Shown piece after piece: positions 42,239 through 50,619 of a stretch of DNA of 64,000 nucleotides (positions are counted from its first letter, which is position 1; every line of letters begins with the position of its first letter). The stretch lies in assembly GCA_963842945.1 (NCBI GenBank), contig CAWJIM010000006.1, positions 64,001 through 128,000 of the forward strand, given 5' to 3'. This stretch comes from an uncultured Gemmatimonadales bacterium (GTDB taxonomy: Bacteria > Gemmatimonadota > Gemmatimonadetes > Gemmatimonadales > GWC2-71-9). Both the position numbers and the translations under genes were made by a program. A model generated the notes under the pieces. It was not told where the DNA came from. It saw nothing but the letters and a program-made list of their open reading frames with translations, and ran no database searches.

Positions 42239-42823
42239 CTACTTGCCGGTGGAACTCTGCCCGGTCGCGGCGGCCGATGCGGTGACGTTCACCCCGATCG
42301 AACCAGCCGTCTGGGTGGCAAGGCTTAGATGCTGCTGCAGATCGGGCAGCATGCTGGAGGCTACCTGTTTCAGCAGCTGCACCTTCCCGCTCTCGGATTC
42401 CCGCTGAAATAGCCTCACCTCGTCGGCGTGCTGCGTGACCATTTCGGTCATGTAGGCCTTATCGAAGGAGGAGCGGCCCATCCGGCTGAAGCGGTCGAAT
42501 GCCTGCTGGTGCTGTCTCAGGAGGACCGGTGCCGGGAAGGCAGCCTGCTTCGCTGCTGCGGCCAAATCCTGGTTGGTCTTGGAATAGTCGCTTACCATCC
42601 GCTTGCCAAAGTCAACGACGGCCGGGCTGGAGCCTTTCTTTTCCGCCAGCTTCCCCAGCTTCACCTGCAGTAGACCAACACTCCCGGCTGTTTGAATGAA
42701 GACGCTGTCCGCAGCCAGCGACACTGGCTGCTGTGCCGCCGCCGGGGTAACGCCTGCGGCAGCGCTCAGCATCAAACCGACCAGCGCTGCGGGAACGAGC
42801 ATTTTGACGGCCATTTCCTTCAT
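42239..42823 (-). CDS. DUF4142 protein
   Basis: Signal peptide; LGKLAEKKGSSPAVVDFGKRMV, FDKAYM, LPDLQQHL. Confidence 0.8.
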   Translation of the reverse strand: MKEMAVKMLVPAALVGLMLSAAAGVTPAAAQQPVSLAADSVFIQTAGSVGLLQVKLGKLAEKKGSSPAVVDFGKRMVSDYSKTNQDLAAAAKQAAFPAPVLLRQHQQAFDRFSRMGRSSFDKAYMTEMVTQHADEVRLFQRESESGKVQLLKQVASSMLPDLQQHLSLATQTAGSIGVNVTASAAATGQSSTGK

Positions 42824-42859
42824 CCTTTCCCTGTGTCGTTTTCTACTCATCGGGGGTCA

Positions 42860-44080
42860 CTAGCCTTGGACGGCCGGTTGCCCCAAATGGTTTCGTCCGA
42901 GACGGGGGCGCAACCGTAACAGTCTTGCAACTGTCCAATCCTGAGTGGAGGAAGTCGTGGCGCTGAAACGAAGAGACGCGACCGGGCCTAAGCTCGATCG
43001 CGTCTCTGATTGCCTTGCTGGGGCCCCGGACCAGACGTCCTGCTCCCGGGACCTATAACTCTGGGATGTTAAACCGGGGTTTCCACCGAGGCTGGAGCGG
43101 CCACGGGATGGATGATCCAGGCCTCTGCCCGCCGCATGCTCCCGGGTCATCCGGGAATACAGCGAGATCTCGGGGTCGAACAGAAATCGGAAGAGGAGCC
43201 GGGTCCAGGAGCTGTGTGCTGTTAGATCGACATACCACTCCGGCGCGATGGCGCGGATCCGGGGCAAACGGTGCCACGGAACTGAGGGAAAGTCGTGGTG
43301 TTCGTTATGGTATCCGACGTTGAACGTCAGGAGATTCAGCTTGCCGTAGTAGCTGAAGGTTTCCTGTTCTCCTGCCTCGACGAGATAATGCCGCTGGATC
43401 CAGCGGGCTCCCAGAGGGTGCAGGCCGATGGAGAAGAAGAACGACAGGACCAGGTAGGCGAGCGACTTGGGCCCCCACATCAGATATACGCTCAGGTTGA
43501 CGCCGATCTGGATCAGGAGGTTCGTGGTGGTCCAGGCGTCAAGCGGTGGCACTGCCTTGACCCGGAATGAGCGCACCGCCTGGAACAGCGGATAGAACAT
43601 GAGCCAGAGCGCCTTCCCCAGGGGTGAGCGGCCGACCAGCCGAGCCTCCCAAATGCTGGGTATGTCGGCATCCAGGTCGTAGACGCCCTGAAAGGCGTGA
43701 TGCTTCAGATGGTACTTCTGAAAGGAGAACGAGCCCGGCACAAAGAGCGGAAGGTTAGCGACGATACCGGTGAGCACATTGGGCAGCCGTCGCCGGAAGA
43801 CCAGACGGTGGGCGCATTCATGGATCATGACGAACAGCCCATGGCTGGCGAACGCTCCAACGCTGTAGGCCAGAACAAGTACGAGCCAGATCGGCCGGTG
43901 TGCCACAAACCACGCAACGCTGAACTGCAGGCTTACCAGTCCCAGGATGCACCAGAAGGTGACCGGGCTTGATCCAATGAGTTTCCGAATCTCAGGATGG
44001 CGACGGAGTATCTGTTTGGTGCGGTCGCGGTGAGGCTCGGGGCCGGCGGAATATAAAAATCCGGACTGATGCTCTGGCAA
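42860..44080 (-). CDS. Fatty acid desaturase, sphingolipid Delta4-desaturase-like (true 3' end probably nearer 43050-43150)
   Basis: EPHRDRTKQILRRHPEIRKLIG N-terminal motif; His boxes HECAH, HLKHH, HNEHH; GLHPLGA; ETFSYYG. Confidence 0.85.
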   Translation of the reverse strand: MPEHQSGFLYSAGPEPHRDRTKQILRRHPEIRKLIGSSPVTFWCILGLVSLQFSVAWFVAHRPIWLVLVLAYSVGAFASHGLFVMIHECAHRLVFRRRLPNVLTGIVANLPLFVPGSFSFQKYHLKHHAFQGVYDLDADIPSIWEARLVGRSPLGKALWLMFYPLFQAVRSFRVKAVPPLDAWTTTNLLIQIGVNLSVYLMWGPKSLAYLVLSFFFSIGLHPLGARWIQRHYLVEAGEQETFSYYGKLNLLTFNVGYHNEHHDFPSVPWHRLPRIRAIAPEWYVDLTAHSSWTRLLFRFLFDPEISLYSRMTREHAAGRGLDHPSRGRSSLGGNPGLTSQSYRSREQDVWSGAPARQSETRSSLGPVASLRFSATTSSTQDWTVARLLRLRPRLGRNHLGQPAVQG

Positions 44081-44357
44081 CGAGGTTCTCGTCGTAAAGA
44101 GGGAATGTCCTTCGGGAAATGCAGTATGGGCCCAGCGGACTGCGCGGAAATATACCAGTCTTCACCGCGTGGATACTAGCCGCGCCTTCGGCTCCCTTGT
44201 TCTTTGACGGCGCCCGGGCCAGGGTGCAACTAGGTCGTTCTCCTCTTCGCGGCCAACCATCACCGGCGCTGAACCCTTGAAGTAGTAGGTTGGTTTGCCC
44301 GGCTCTTGCGATCCCGGGTGGCACCTCCTTCTACTGCTCTCCCTTCTCGAGACTCCC

Positions 44358-45238
44358 ATGTTACTGCTTAGCCTGGCTCTCCTCACTCTCCCGGTCGACA
44401 GCGCGGTGGTGCGTGACATCGAAGTCGCCGATGGTGAGACCCTCCGCACTACTTCCGTCGGGACCGGCCAGCCGATCGTCCTGATTCCGGGACTCTTCGG
44501 TGGCGCATTTGGCTATCGAAAAATCACCGGACCACTGGTGGCCCAGGGCTATCGTGTCATAGTGGTGGAGCCACTTGGCTACGGCTCCTCCTCTCATCCC
44601 AAGAAGGCGGACTACTCGTTCGGCGCCCAGAGCGACCGCGTGGCCCGCACCCTCGACCAGTTGAGCATCAAGCGCGCGCTCATCGTCGCCCAATCCAGCG
44701 GGGCCGCCATTGCCTTTCGCCTCGCGGTCAAGCGGCCCGACCTGGTGCGGGGGCTTCTCTCCATTGATGGCGGTCCCGCCGAGAGCGCGGCCACGCCGGG
44801 AATGAAGAAGGCATTCAAGTTCGGCGGCGGGCTGGTCAAGCTCACCATGGATGAATCCAGGCTGAGACACGAGGTGCGCCGTGAGATCGTGAAGAACACG
44901 GGAGACTCCAGCTGGGTAACCGACGCGGTGGTTCGGAGCTACACCGCCGGGCAAACCGCCGACCTCGGCGGGTCGATCGATGCGTTCCACCAAATGGCCA
45001 AGTCGAAGGAGAACACCTCGCTTGCCGATCGGCTTCATCAGTGCCTGGCGCCTGTGCTGTTACTGGTGGGCTCAGTGGCCCACCCATCCGAGATCCCGGA
45101 TGAACAGCGGCAACTGCTCAAAACCAAGCTTCGCGCCTTCAGGATGGAAACCGTCCGCGGGGCAGGCCAGTTTATTCAGGAAGAGCAGCCTCCGTCGTGC
45201 TCTCTGCCATAACGCGGCTGAACCGGGTGGCGCGCTAG
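44358..45238 (+). CDS. Alpha/beta-hydrolase fold protein (frameshift near 45190)
   Basis: PIVLIPG, EPLGYGSS, AQSSG elbow, GAGQFIQEEQP. Confidence 0.8.
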
Positions 45239-45252
45239 CAGGGAGAAATCCA

Positions 45253-45281
45253 TTGCCCTCGTAGGCAGGTCCCGCTATTAT
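45253..45281 (+). promoter_or_regulatory. Putative sigma70 promoter of the cold-shock gene
   Basis: TTGCCC-N17-TATTAT. Confidence 0.55.
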
Positions 45282-45450
45282 CATGCGGCGAGGACAGGGG
45301 ACTGGCTTGGCGCCGGTCCCTCTTTTTTGGCGATAGTTCCTGGCGCAGTAGCGCCGCTTTCGCCGGCCCGCGTGGGGGCTGAACCCACGCATACAACGTA
45401 GTCGGGAGTGCGGCACGTCCGGCTCCGATTACCAGTCTCAGGAGTAGGAC

Positions 45451-45666
45451 ATGGCACGTACCACCGGCACGGTCAAGTGGTTCAATGACGCGAAGGGCTT
45501 TGGCTTCATCACGCCCGAGGACGGTCAGAAGGATTGCTTCGTGCACCACTCGGCCATCTCAGGTCAGGGCTTCAAGAGCCTGACCGAGGGCGACCGAGTC
45601 GAATTCGATGTCGTGCAGGGCCAGAAGGGCCCAGCGGCAGAGAACGTCGTAAAGATCACGAAGTAA
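45451..45666 (+). CDS. Cold-shock protein (CspA family)
   Basis: [36 protein letters not shown]. Confidence 0.97.
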   Translation: MARTTGTVKWFNDAKGFGFITPEDGQKDCFVHHSAISGQGFKSLTEGDRVEFDVVQGQKGPAAENVVKITK

Positions 45667-45684
45667 GTCTTCGTTGATTCGGAT

Positions 45685-45720
45685 GACGGCCGGTTCCTCT
45701 GGAGCCGGCCGTTTTCTTTT
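45685..45720 (+). terminator. Intrinsic terminator
   Basis: GACGGCCGGTTCC-TCT-GGAGCCGGCCGTT followed by a T-rich tail. Confidence 0.8.
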
Positions 45721-45753
45721 AGAGGCGGTTCCAGGCCACCGGCTTCTATTCCC

Positions 45754-47133
45754 TCAATCGAAACCGAACAGCGGTGGGAAGCCGACGACGACAATGGCGG
45801 CCCAGAAGGAGTACGCCGGCACGTAGGCTGTTTGCCAGCGCTCGAGGCCGGCAAAGGAGCCACGGCCGCGGAGAAACCGGACGTAGAGGACGGTGGACCA
45901 CCCCAGGTTCACCAGCAGGATCACGTTCTCGCCCAGCGCGGCCACGCGGTTGGGCGTGAAGCCGAACTCAGAGATCCGAGCCCCAATCGCTGCCAGGGCG
46001 AAGGCATCCGCGATCAGCGCACTGACCAGGAGCAGCACCAGCAGCAGATCGAATGCGCCAGGGGGCGATTCGGGGTCTCGCGCGGAAATGGAGTAGAGCA
46101 GCAGGCCCAATACCAGCACCAGCAGCAGGTCGAAGGCAATCAGCGCGTTGCGCTCGATGTCGATCCCGCGGCCGGTCCAGAGCATGGTCCCCAGGAAAGC
46201 CAGCAGGGTAAGCGCGAAAAGAGGAGTGAAAATCCGGGTCAGCACCGGAGCCATGTTCTCGATCACGCTCTGCTTCGCCTCGACCAGCCAGGCACCCACG
46301 ATCACCGCCCCGGCCATTCCGCAGGGCACCAGCCAGCCCTCGACCAAAGGCTCGGCGTCTATCCCAATCGCCCGAAACATCCCCATCGTAAAGGCGATGA
46401 GTACGCCGCCGCCCAGCGCGATCAGCGCATAGTAGATGAACAGCTCACCGGAGAAGCGGACGAAATCCATGCGCCTGGCGCTCTCTCCCCAGCGTCCGCC
46501 CGCATAGGCGACTCCCACGAGCAGCCACAGCGCGATCGGGAGATGCAGCACGGTGAGTCTTTCCGTGTCGCCACCGGCCTTGAAGGGATAGACGTTGGCA
46601 AAGAGGGCTGCGGCCCCGAACGCCAGCGCCAGCCACACGCAGGAGCGTGAGTTCAACCGCCGTTTCCAAACGAAATACCCCACGAGAATGGGAAGCACGA
46701 AGAAGCCGGCGTTCCGGAACAAGGCCATGTCAGCGCCCCATTCCAAGCCGAACAGCGTCGGTACTTTGACCGCCAGTGCGGCGAGTGCCGCCAGCGCCAG
46801 GGTGACGGCCGTCTCGGTCTGCACCTCGGCACCGGGCCCGACCGTTGCGGCAGAGGACATCACCAGCTGCTTCCAGAGCCGCTCCGAGTGCTCGCGGGCG
46901 AACTCGTTGGAGATGGCGTCCAGCGCACCCATCCGCTTTACCGCCACGAGGAACGCCTCGTTCTCGGACAGGCCGGCGCCACACAGGGCCGTCACCTCCC
47001 CCCGGAGGTGATCCTCCAGCTCCTCCACGTCAACCGGGCGGATGGCCTGCCGGCGGCGAAGGTAGCTCCGCCACTGTTCGATCTGTCCTTCGAGCGAGTC
47101 GCTCGACCGGGCTTCTCTGGCCGGCTCAGCCAT
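45754..47133 (-). CDS. Membrane protein with permease-prefix (HAAS-like) domain, DUF4153-like
   Basis: ELEDHLR...EAFLVAVKRMG followed by many TM helices; GFTPNR. Confidence 0.82.
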   Translation of the reverse strand: MAEPAREARSSDSLEGQIEQWRSYLRRRQAIRPVDVEELEDHLRGEVTALCGAGLSENEAFLVAVKRMGALDAISNEFAREHSERLWKQLVMSSAATVGPGAEVQTETAVTLALAALAALAVKVPTLFGLEWGADMALFRNAGFFVLPILVGYFVWKRRLNSRSCVWLALAFGAAALFANVYPFKAGGDTERLTVLHLPIALWLLVGVAYAGGRWGESARRMDFVRFSGELFIYYALIALGGGVLIAFTMGMFRAIGIDAEPLVEGWLVPCGMAGAVIVGAWLVEAKQSVIENMAPVLTRIFTPLFALTLLAFLGTMLWTGRGIDIERNALIAFDLLLVLVLGLLLYSISARDPESPPGAFDLLLVLLLVSALIADAFALAAIGARISEFGFTPNRVAALGENVILLVNLGWSTVLYVRFLRGRGSFAGLERWQTAYVPAYSFWAAIVVVGFPPLFGFD

Positions 47134-47500
47134 GGGACGGCCGTGGTGACAGGGCCGACCGCGCCGGAAGCGAGACCGTGCGCCAGATGTTCCGCAGCGC
47201 GGAGTCCACCATCTGCCACTGCTGGCGCTGGTCCGCCAGCTGTGCCTTGCCCTGTGCCGTGAGGTGGTAGTACTTGCGCTTTCGGCCGGTCTCAGAGGTG
47301 TCCCATTTGCCCCTGATATGACCCTGCCGCTCGAGGCGGTGGAGCACTGGGTACAGCATTCCGTCGGTCCATTGTAGATCTCCGCCGGAAAGCTCGTTTA
47401 CCCGCTTGAGGATGGCGTAGCCGTAGGAGTCGCCCTCGGCCAGGATAGCGAGGACCAAAGGTGTGGCGGAAGCGGCGACAAGATCCTTGTTGATGTCCAT
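47126..47500 (-). CDS. PadR family regulator
   Basis: YGYAI, GMLYPVLHRLE, RKRKYY.LT..G. Confidence 0.92.
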   Translation of the reverse strand: MDINKDLVAASATPLVLAILAEGDSYGYAILKRVNELSGGDLQWTDGMLYPVLHRLERQGHIRGKWDTSETGRKRKYYHLTAQGKAQLADQRQQWQMVDSALRNIWRTVSLPARSALSPRPSHG

Positions 47501-47524
47501 GGTTTTCTTCATGCATGGGTCGTC

Positions 47525-47561
47525 AGTACCTAGTTGTACTATACATTGTTCTTCTATGTAT
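47525..47561. promoter_or_regulatory. Two adjacent palindromes, probable PadR operator
   Basis: AGTAC-N6-GTACT and ATACAT-N9-ATGTAT. Confidence 0.5.
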
Positions 47562-47632
47562 GTCGAGGCAGACGGGGAGAAGAACATCCTGACTAGCTAG
47601 TCCAATCAAGCCGTCTCATTTTTGCAGTACCA

Positions 47633-50616
47633 ATGGGTGCCAGCTTGCCAGATTCCCTCGGCTCAGTTCAGGCAGCCCTCGGCGACCGCTATCGCTTGGA
47701 GCGCGAGCTGGGCCGCGGTGGGATGGCCATCGTTTACCTCGCCCGCGATCTGAAGCATGATCGCCTGGTCGCTCTCAAGCTCCTGCGCCATGAGCTCGGG
47801 GTCGCACTCGGCCCTGAGCGCTTTCTCCGGGAAATTGCCGTCACAGCCGGTCTGCAGCATCCACATATCCTTCCATTGCTTGATTCGGGAACGCTGCAGG
47901 CTGGCGGATCTCCCTATTATGTCATGCCCTACGTCCAGGGCGAGTCACTTCGCGACCAGCTCGAACGTGAGCGGCAACTTCCGATAGACCAGGCCCTGCA
48001 CATCACCCGGGATGTGGCGGCCGCACTGGGCTATGCCCACGCAACACGGCGTAGTGCATCGCGACATCAAGCCCGAGAACATCCTGCTGTCCGGCGGCCA
48101 GGCGGTCGTGGCGGACTTCGGTATCGCACGAGCGCTTTCCGCCGCGGGCGCCGAGCGGCTGACGGAGACCGGGCTCGCGCTGGGCACACCGCACTATATG
48201 AGTCCCGAGCAGGCAGCCGGCGAGGCTCGCGTAGACGGCCGTGCGGACATCTACGCCCTCGGGTGCGTTCTGTACGAGATGCTCGCCGGAGAGCCGCCCT
48301 ATACCGGGCCAACCGCCCAGGCGATCATCGCCAAACGCATGCTGGAGCCGGTACCCCGGATACGAACCGTCAGGGAGAGCGTTCCTCAGGAGCTGGAGCG
48401 TGCCATCATCCGGTCGCTGGCCAAGACGCCGGCCGACCGGTTCGGCACCGCGCAAGAGTTCGCGGACGCTCTCTCCCAAACGACGGGCAGCGCGCTGGTG
48501 CCTGGCTCGAGTGGTATGGGCCGTCGCTGGCGAACCGCGGGAATGCTGGTCGCCGTTCTGGCCGCGGCCGGTCTTGTCCTTCGTCTCTGGTCGGGGCGAT
48601 CCAGAGCGGGCGTCAGTCCTTCAGCGTCACGCATCGCAGTCCTGCCATTCACGCCGAGCGGGTCCGATACCGGGCTTTCCCGGTTGGGGCGCGACCTGGT
48701 GTTTACGCTGAGCGCAGAGCTGGACGGCCTGGGCGCCATCCGTGTGGTGGACGCCCACACCGTGCTTGCCCATTCGAAACAGGACGGCCTCTCCTCTCCC
48801 GCCGAAGGAGCGGCGCTGGCCCGCCGGTTCGGCGCGGGCAGCATCGTGCATGGCAGTCTCGTGCGAGAAGGCGCCGATGTGCGCCTGGACTTCGTGCTGC
48901 GCTCGACCGACAGCAGCGCCACCCCACTGGCTCGCGCATCGGTCTCCGGAGCATCCGATTCAGTCGCTGCGCTCACCGACTCCGCCGTCCACGTTCTCCT
49001 GCGACAGATCTGGACTCGGGGATCTGCCCCTACTCCTAGCCTCGAGGCGGCACTCAAGACCCGCTCGGTTCCGGCGTTGCGCGCATTCCTGGAAGGGGAA
49101 CGACAGATCGTCGGCGGTCGGTGGGACAGCGCATCGGCCTCATACGGTCGCGCCAGGGAAGCGGATCCAGCCTTCTGGCTGGCCTACGCCCGGCAGGACT
49201 ATGCCCTGCACTGGTCAGTAAGACCACCGCTGGAAATGCTGATCGACTCACTCCAGCGCCATCGGTTCGAGCTGCCGGAATCCGAGCGTCTTTTGGCCGA
49301 GGCGATCATGCTCTGGTCGCGCGATAGCGTCGCCCTCGCCCTCGACCGTGCCCACCAACTCACTGAGCGAGATCCCAAGCTCGTGGTTCGGGTGGCTGAA
49401 CTACGCCGACCAGCTGTTGCACAACGGCCCGCTGCTGGGCCGCTCGCGAGCCGAGGCCTGGTCTGGATTCCAGCGGGCTCTCGAGCTCAATCCGAACCTG
49501 ATCCCGGTGCACGAACACCTGATGCTGTTGGCGCTCGAGGACAGAGACACGGCTGCGGCCGGCCGGGGCCTGCGGGAGCTGAGCCGGCTCGACGCCGGCC
49601 CAAGCCTTACGGCCGACGGCTACGGCAACAGAATGCTGCAGTTTCGCTTTCTCGCTGCAATTGAGCGGGGCGATAGCCTGCTCACTCGGGTTTTGGCCGA
49701 CAGCATTGCCCAAGACCCCGAGCCGGCAGCTGTGCCGGATGGGAGCTTTTACGACGCGTATCGCCATGGCCTGCCGGCGGAGCAGATTCAGGTCAGCGGG
49801 AAGGTGGTCCGGTCACGGGCACGGCCGGCTCGCCGAGCAACACATGGTAGACTGCTGGCACTCTCGTGGGTGCAGCGGGGGGCGTGGGATTCGGCGTTGG
49901 TCGCCATGGACCATTTGGTGGCCAGCGAAACCGATTCGGCTGCGGCCCTCGAGTCGTATGGGTTGGCGGTCGTGGGGGCATGGCTCGGAGCCGTAGAGCA
50001 ACGTGAAGCCGAGGTGCGGCGCCAGGCTGCGGTGACGCTGGCCGGAGCGGACGACACGGACCGCGCAGAAGTGGCCTGGCTCGACGGCTTGGCAGCGGCG
50101 GGTCGGCGCGACCGGCGTGCGCTAGCCGGGGCGCGTGCAGCACTTCGTGCGAGTGGAGACTCCAGCGCCAACGCGCTCGATCGCTCCCTCGCCGCCTTTG
50201 AGGCCGCGCTCACCGGAAACCCAAGGGCCGCCGGAAGGTCGATGGCGGACCTCGAATCGCAGGAGGCGGCGCTTTCCGCTCCGGATTTCACGCGCCATCC
50301 CTACACGATAGGCGTTGATCGATTGGCTGCCGGCCGATGGCTGGCGGCTTCGGGCGATTCCGAAAGGGCTCTTCGGCTGCTGACCTGGGTGGACGGCCCC
50401 TATTTCATTCATCCCAGTACGGTATACAGCCTGATGCTGACGCCTTTAGTCGACCTCGAGCGCGGCCGGATTGAGGAGCAGAGCGGACGCGCCGGTTCGG
50501 CCAGGAACTACTATCGCGAATTTCTGAGGCGCTATGACCGGCCAGTAATCGGCCATCGGCGACTCGTGGAGGAAGCGAGGAACGCCGTTGTCCGGCTGAT
50601 GGACCGAGGCGATTAG
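47633..50616 (+). CDS. Hanks-type Ser/Thr kinase with TM and TPR-like region (frameshifts near 48045 and 49375)
   Basis: LGRGGM, VALK, HRDIKPEN, DFG, GTPHYMSPE, IAVLPF. Confidence 0.88.
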
Positions 50617-50617
50617 G
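50555..50617 (+). repeat. 63-bp direct repeat, copy 1
   Basis: 60/63 identical to 56998-57060. Confidence 0.92.
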
Positions 50618-50619
50618 TC

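Noticed and set aside
44245..44302. c-di-GMP-I riboswitch-like GGGCAAACC...GGTTGGCCGCGAAG on the minus strand upstream of the desaturase
   Set aside because: The loop is 29 nt without a GNRA tetraloop, and I see no receptor stem. It would need an Rfam hit to be believed.
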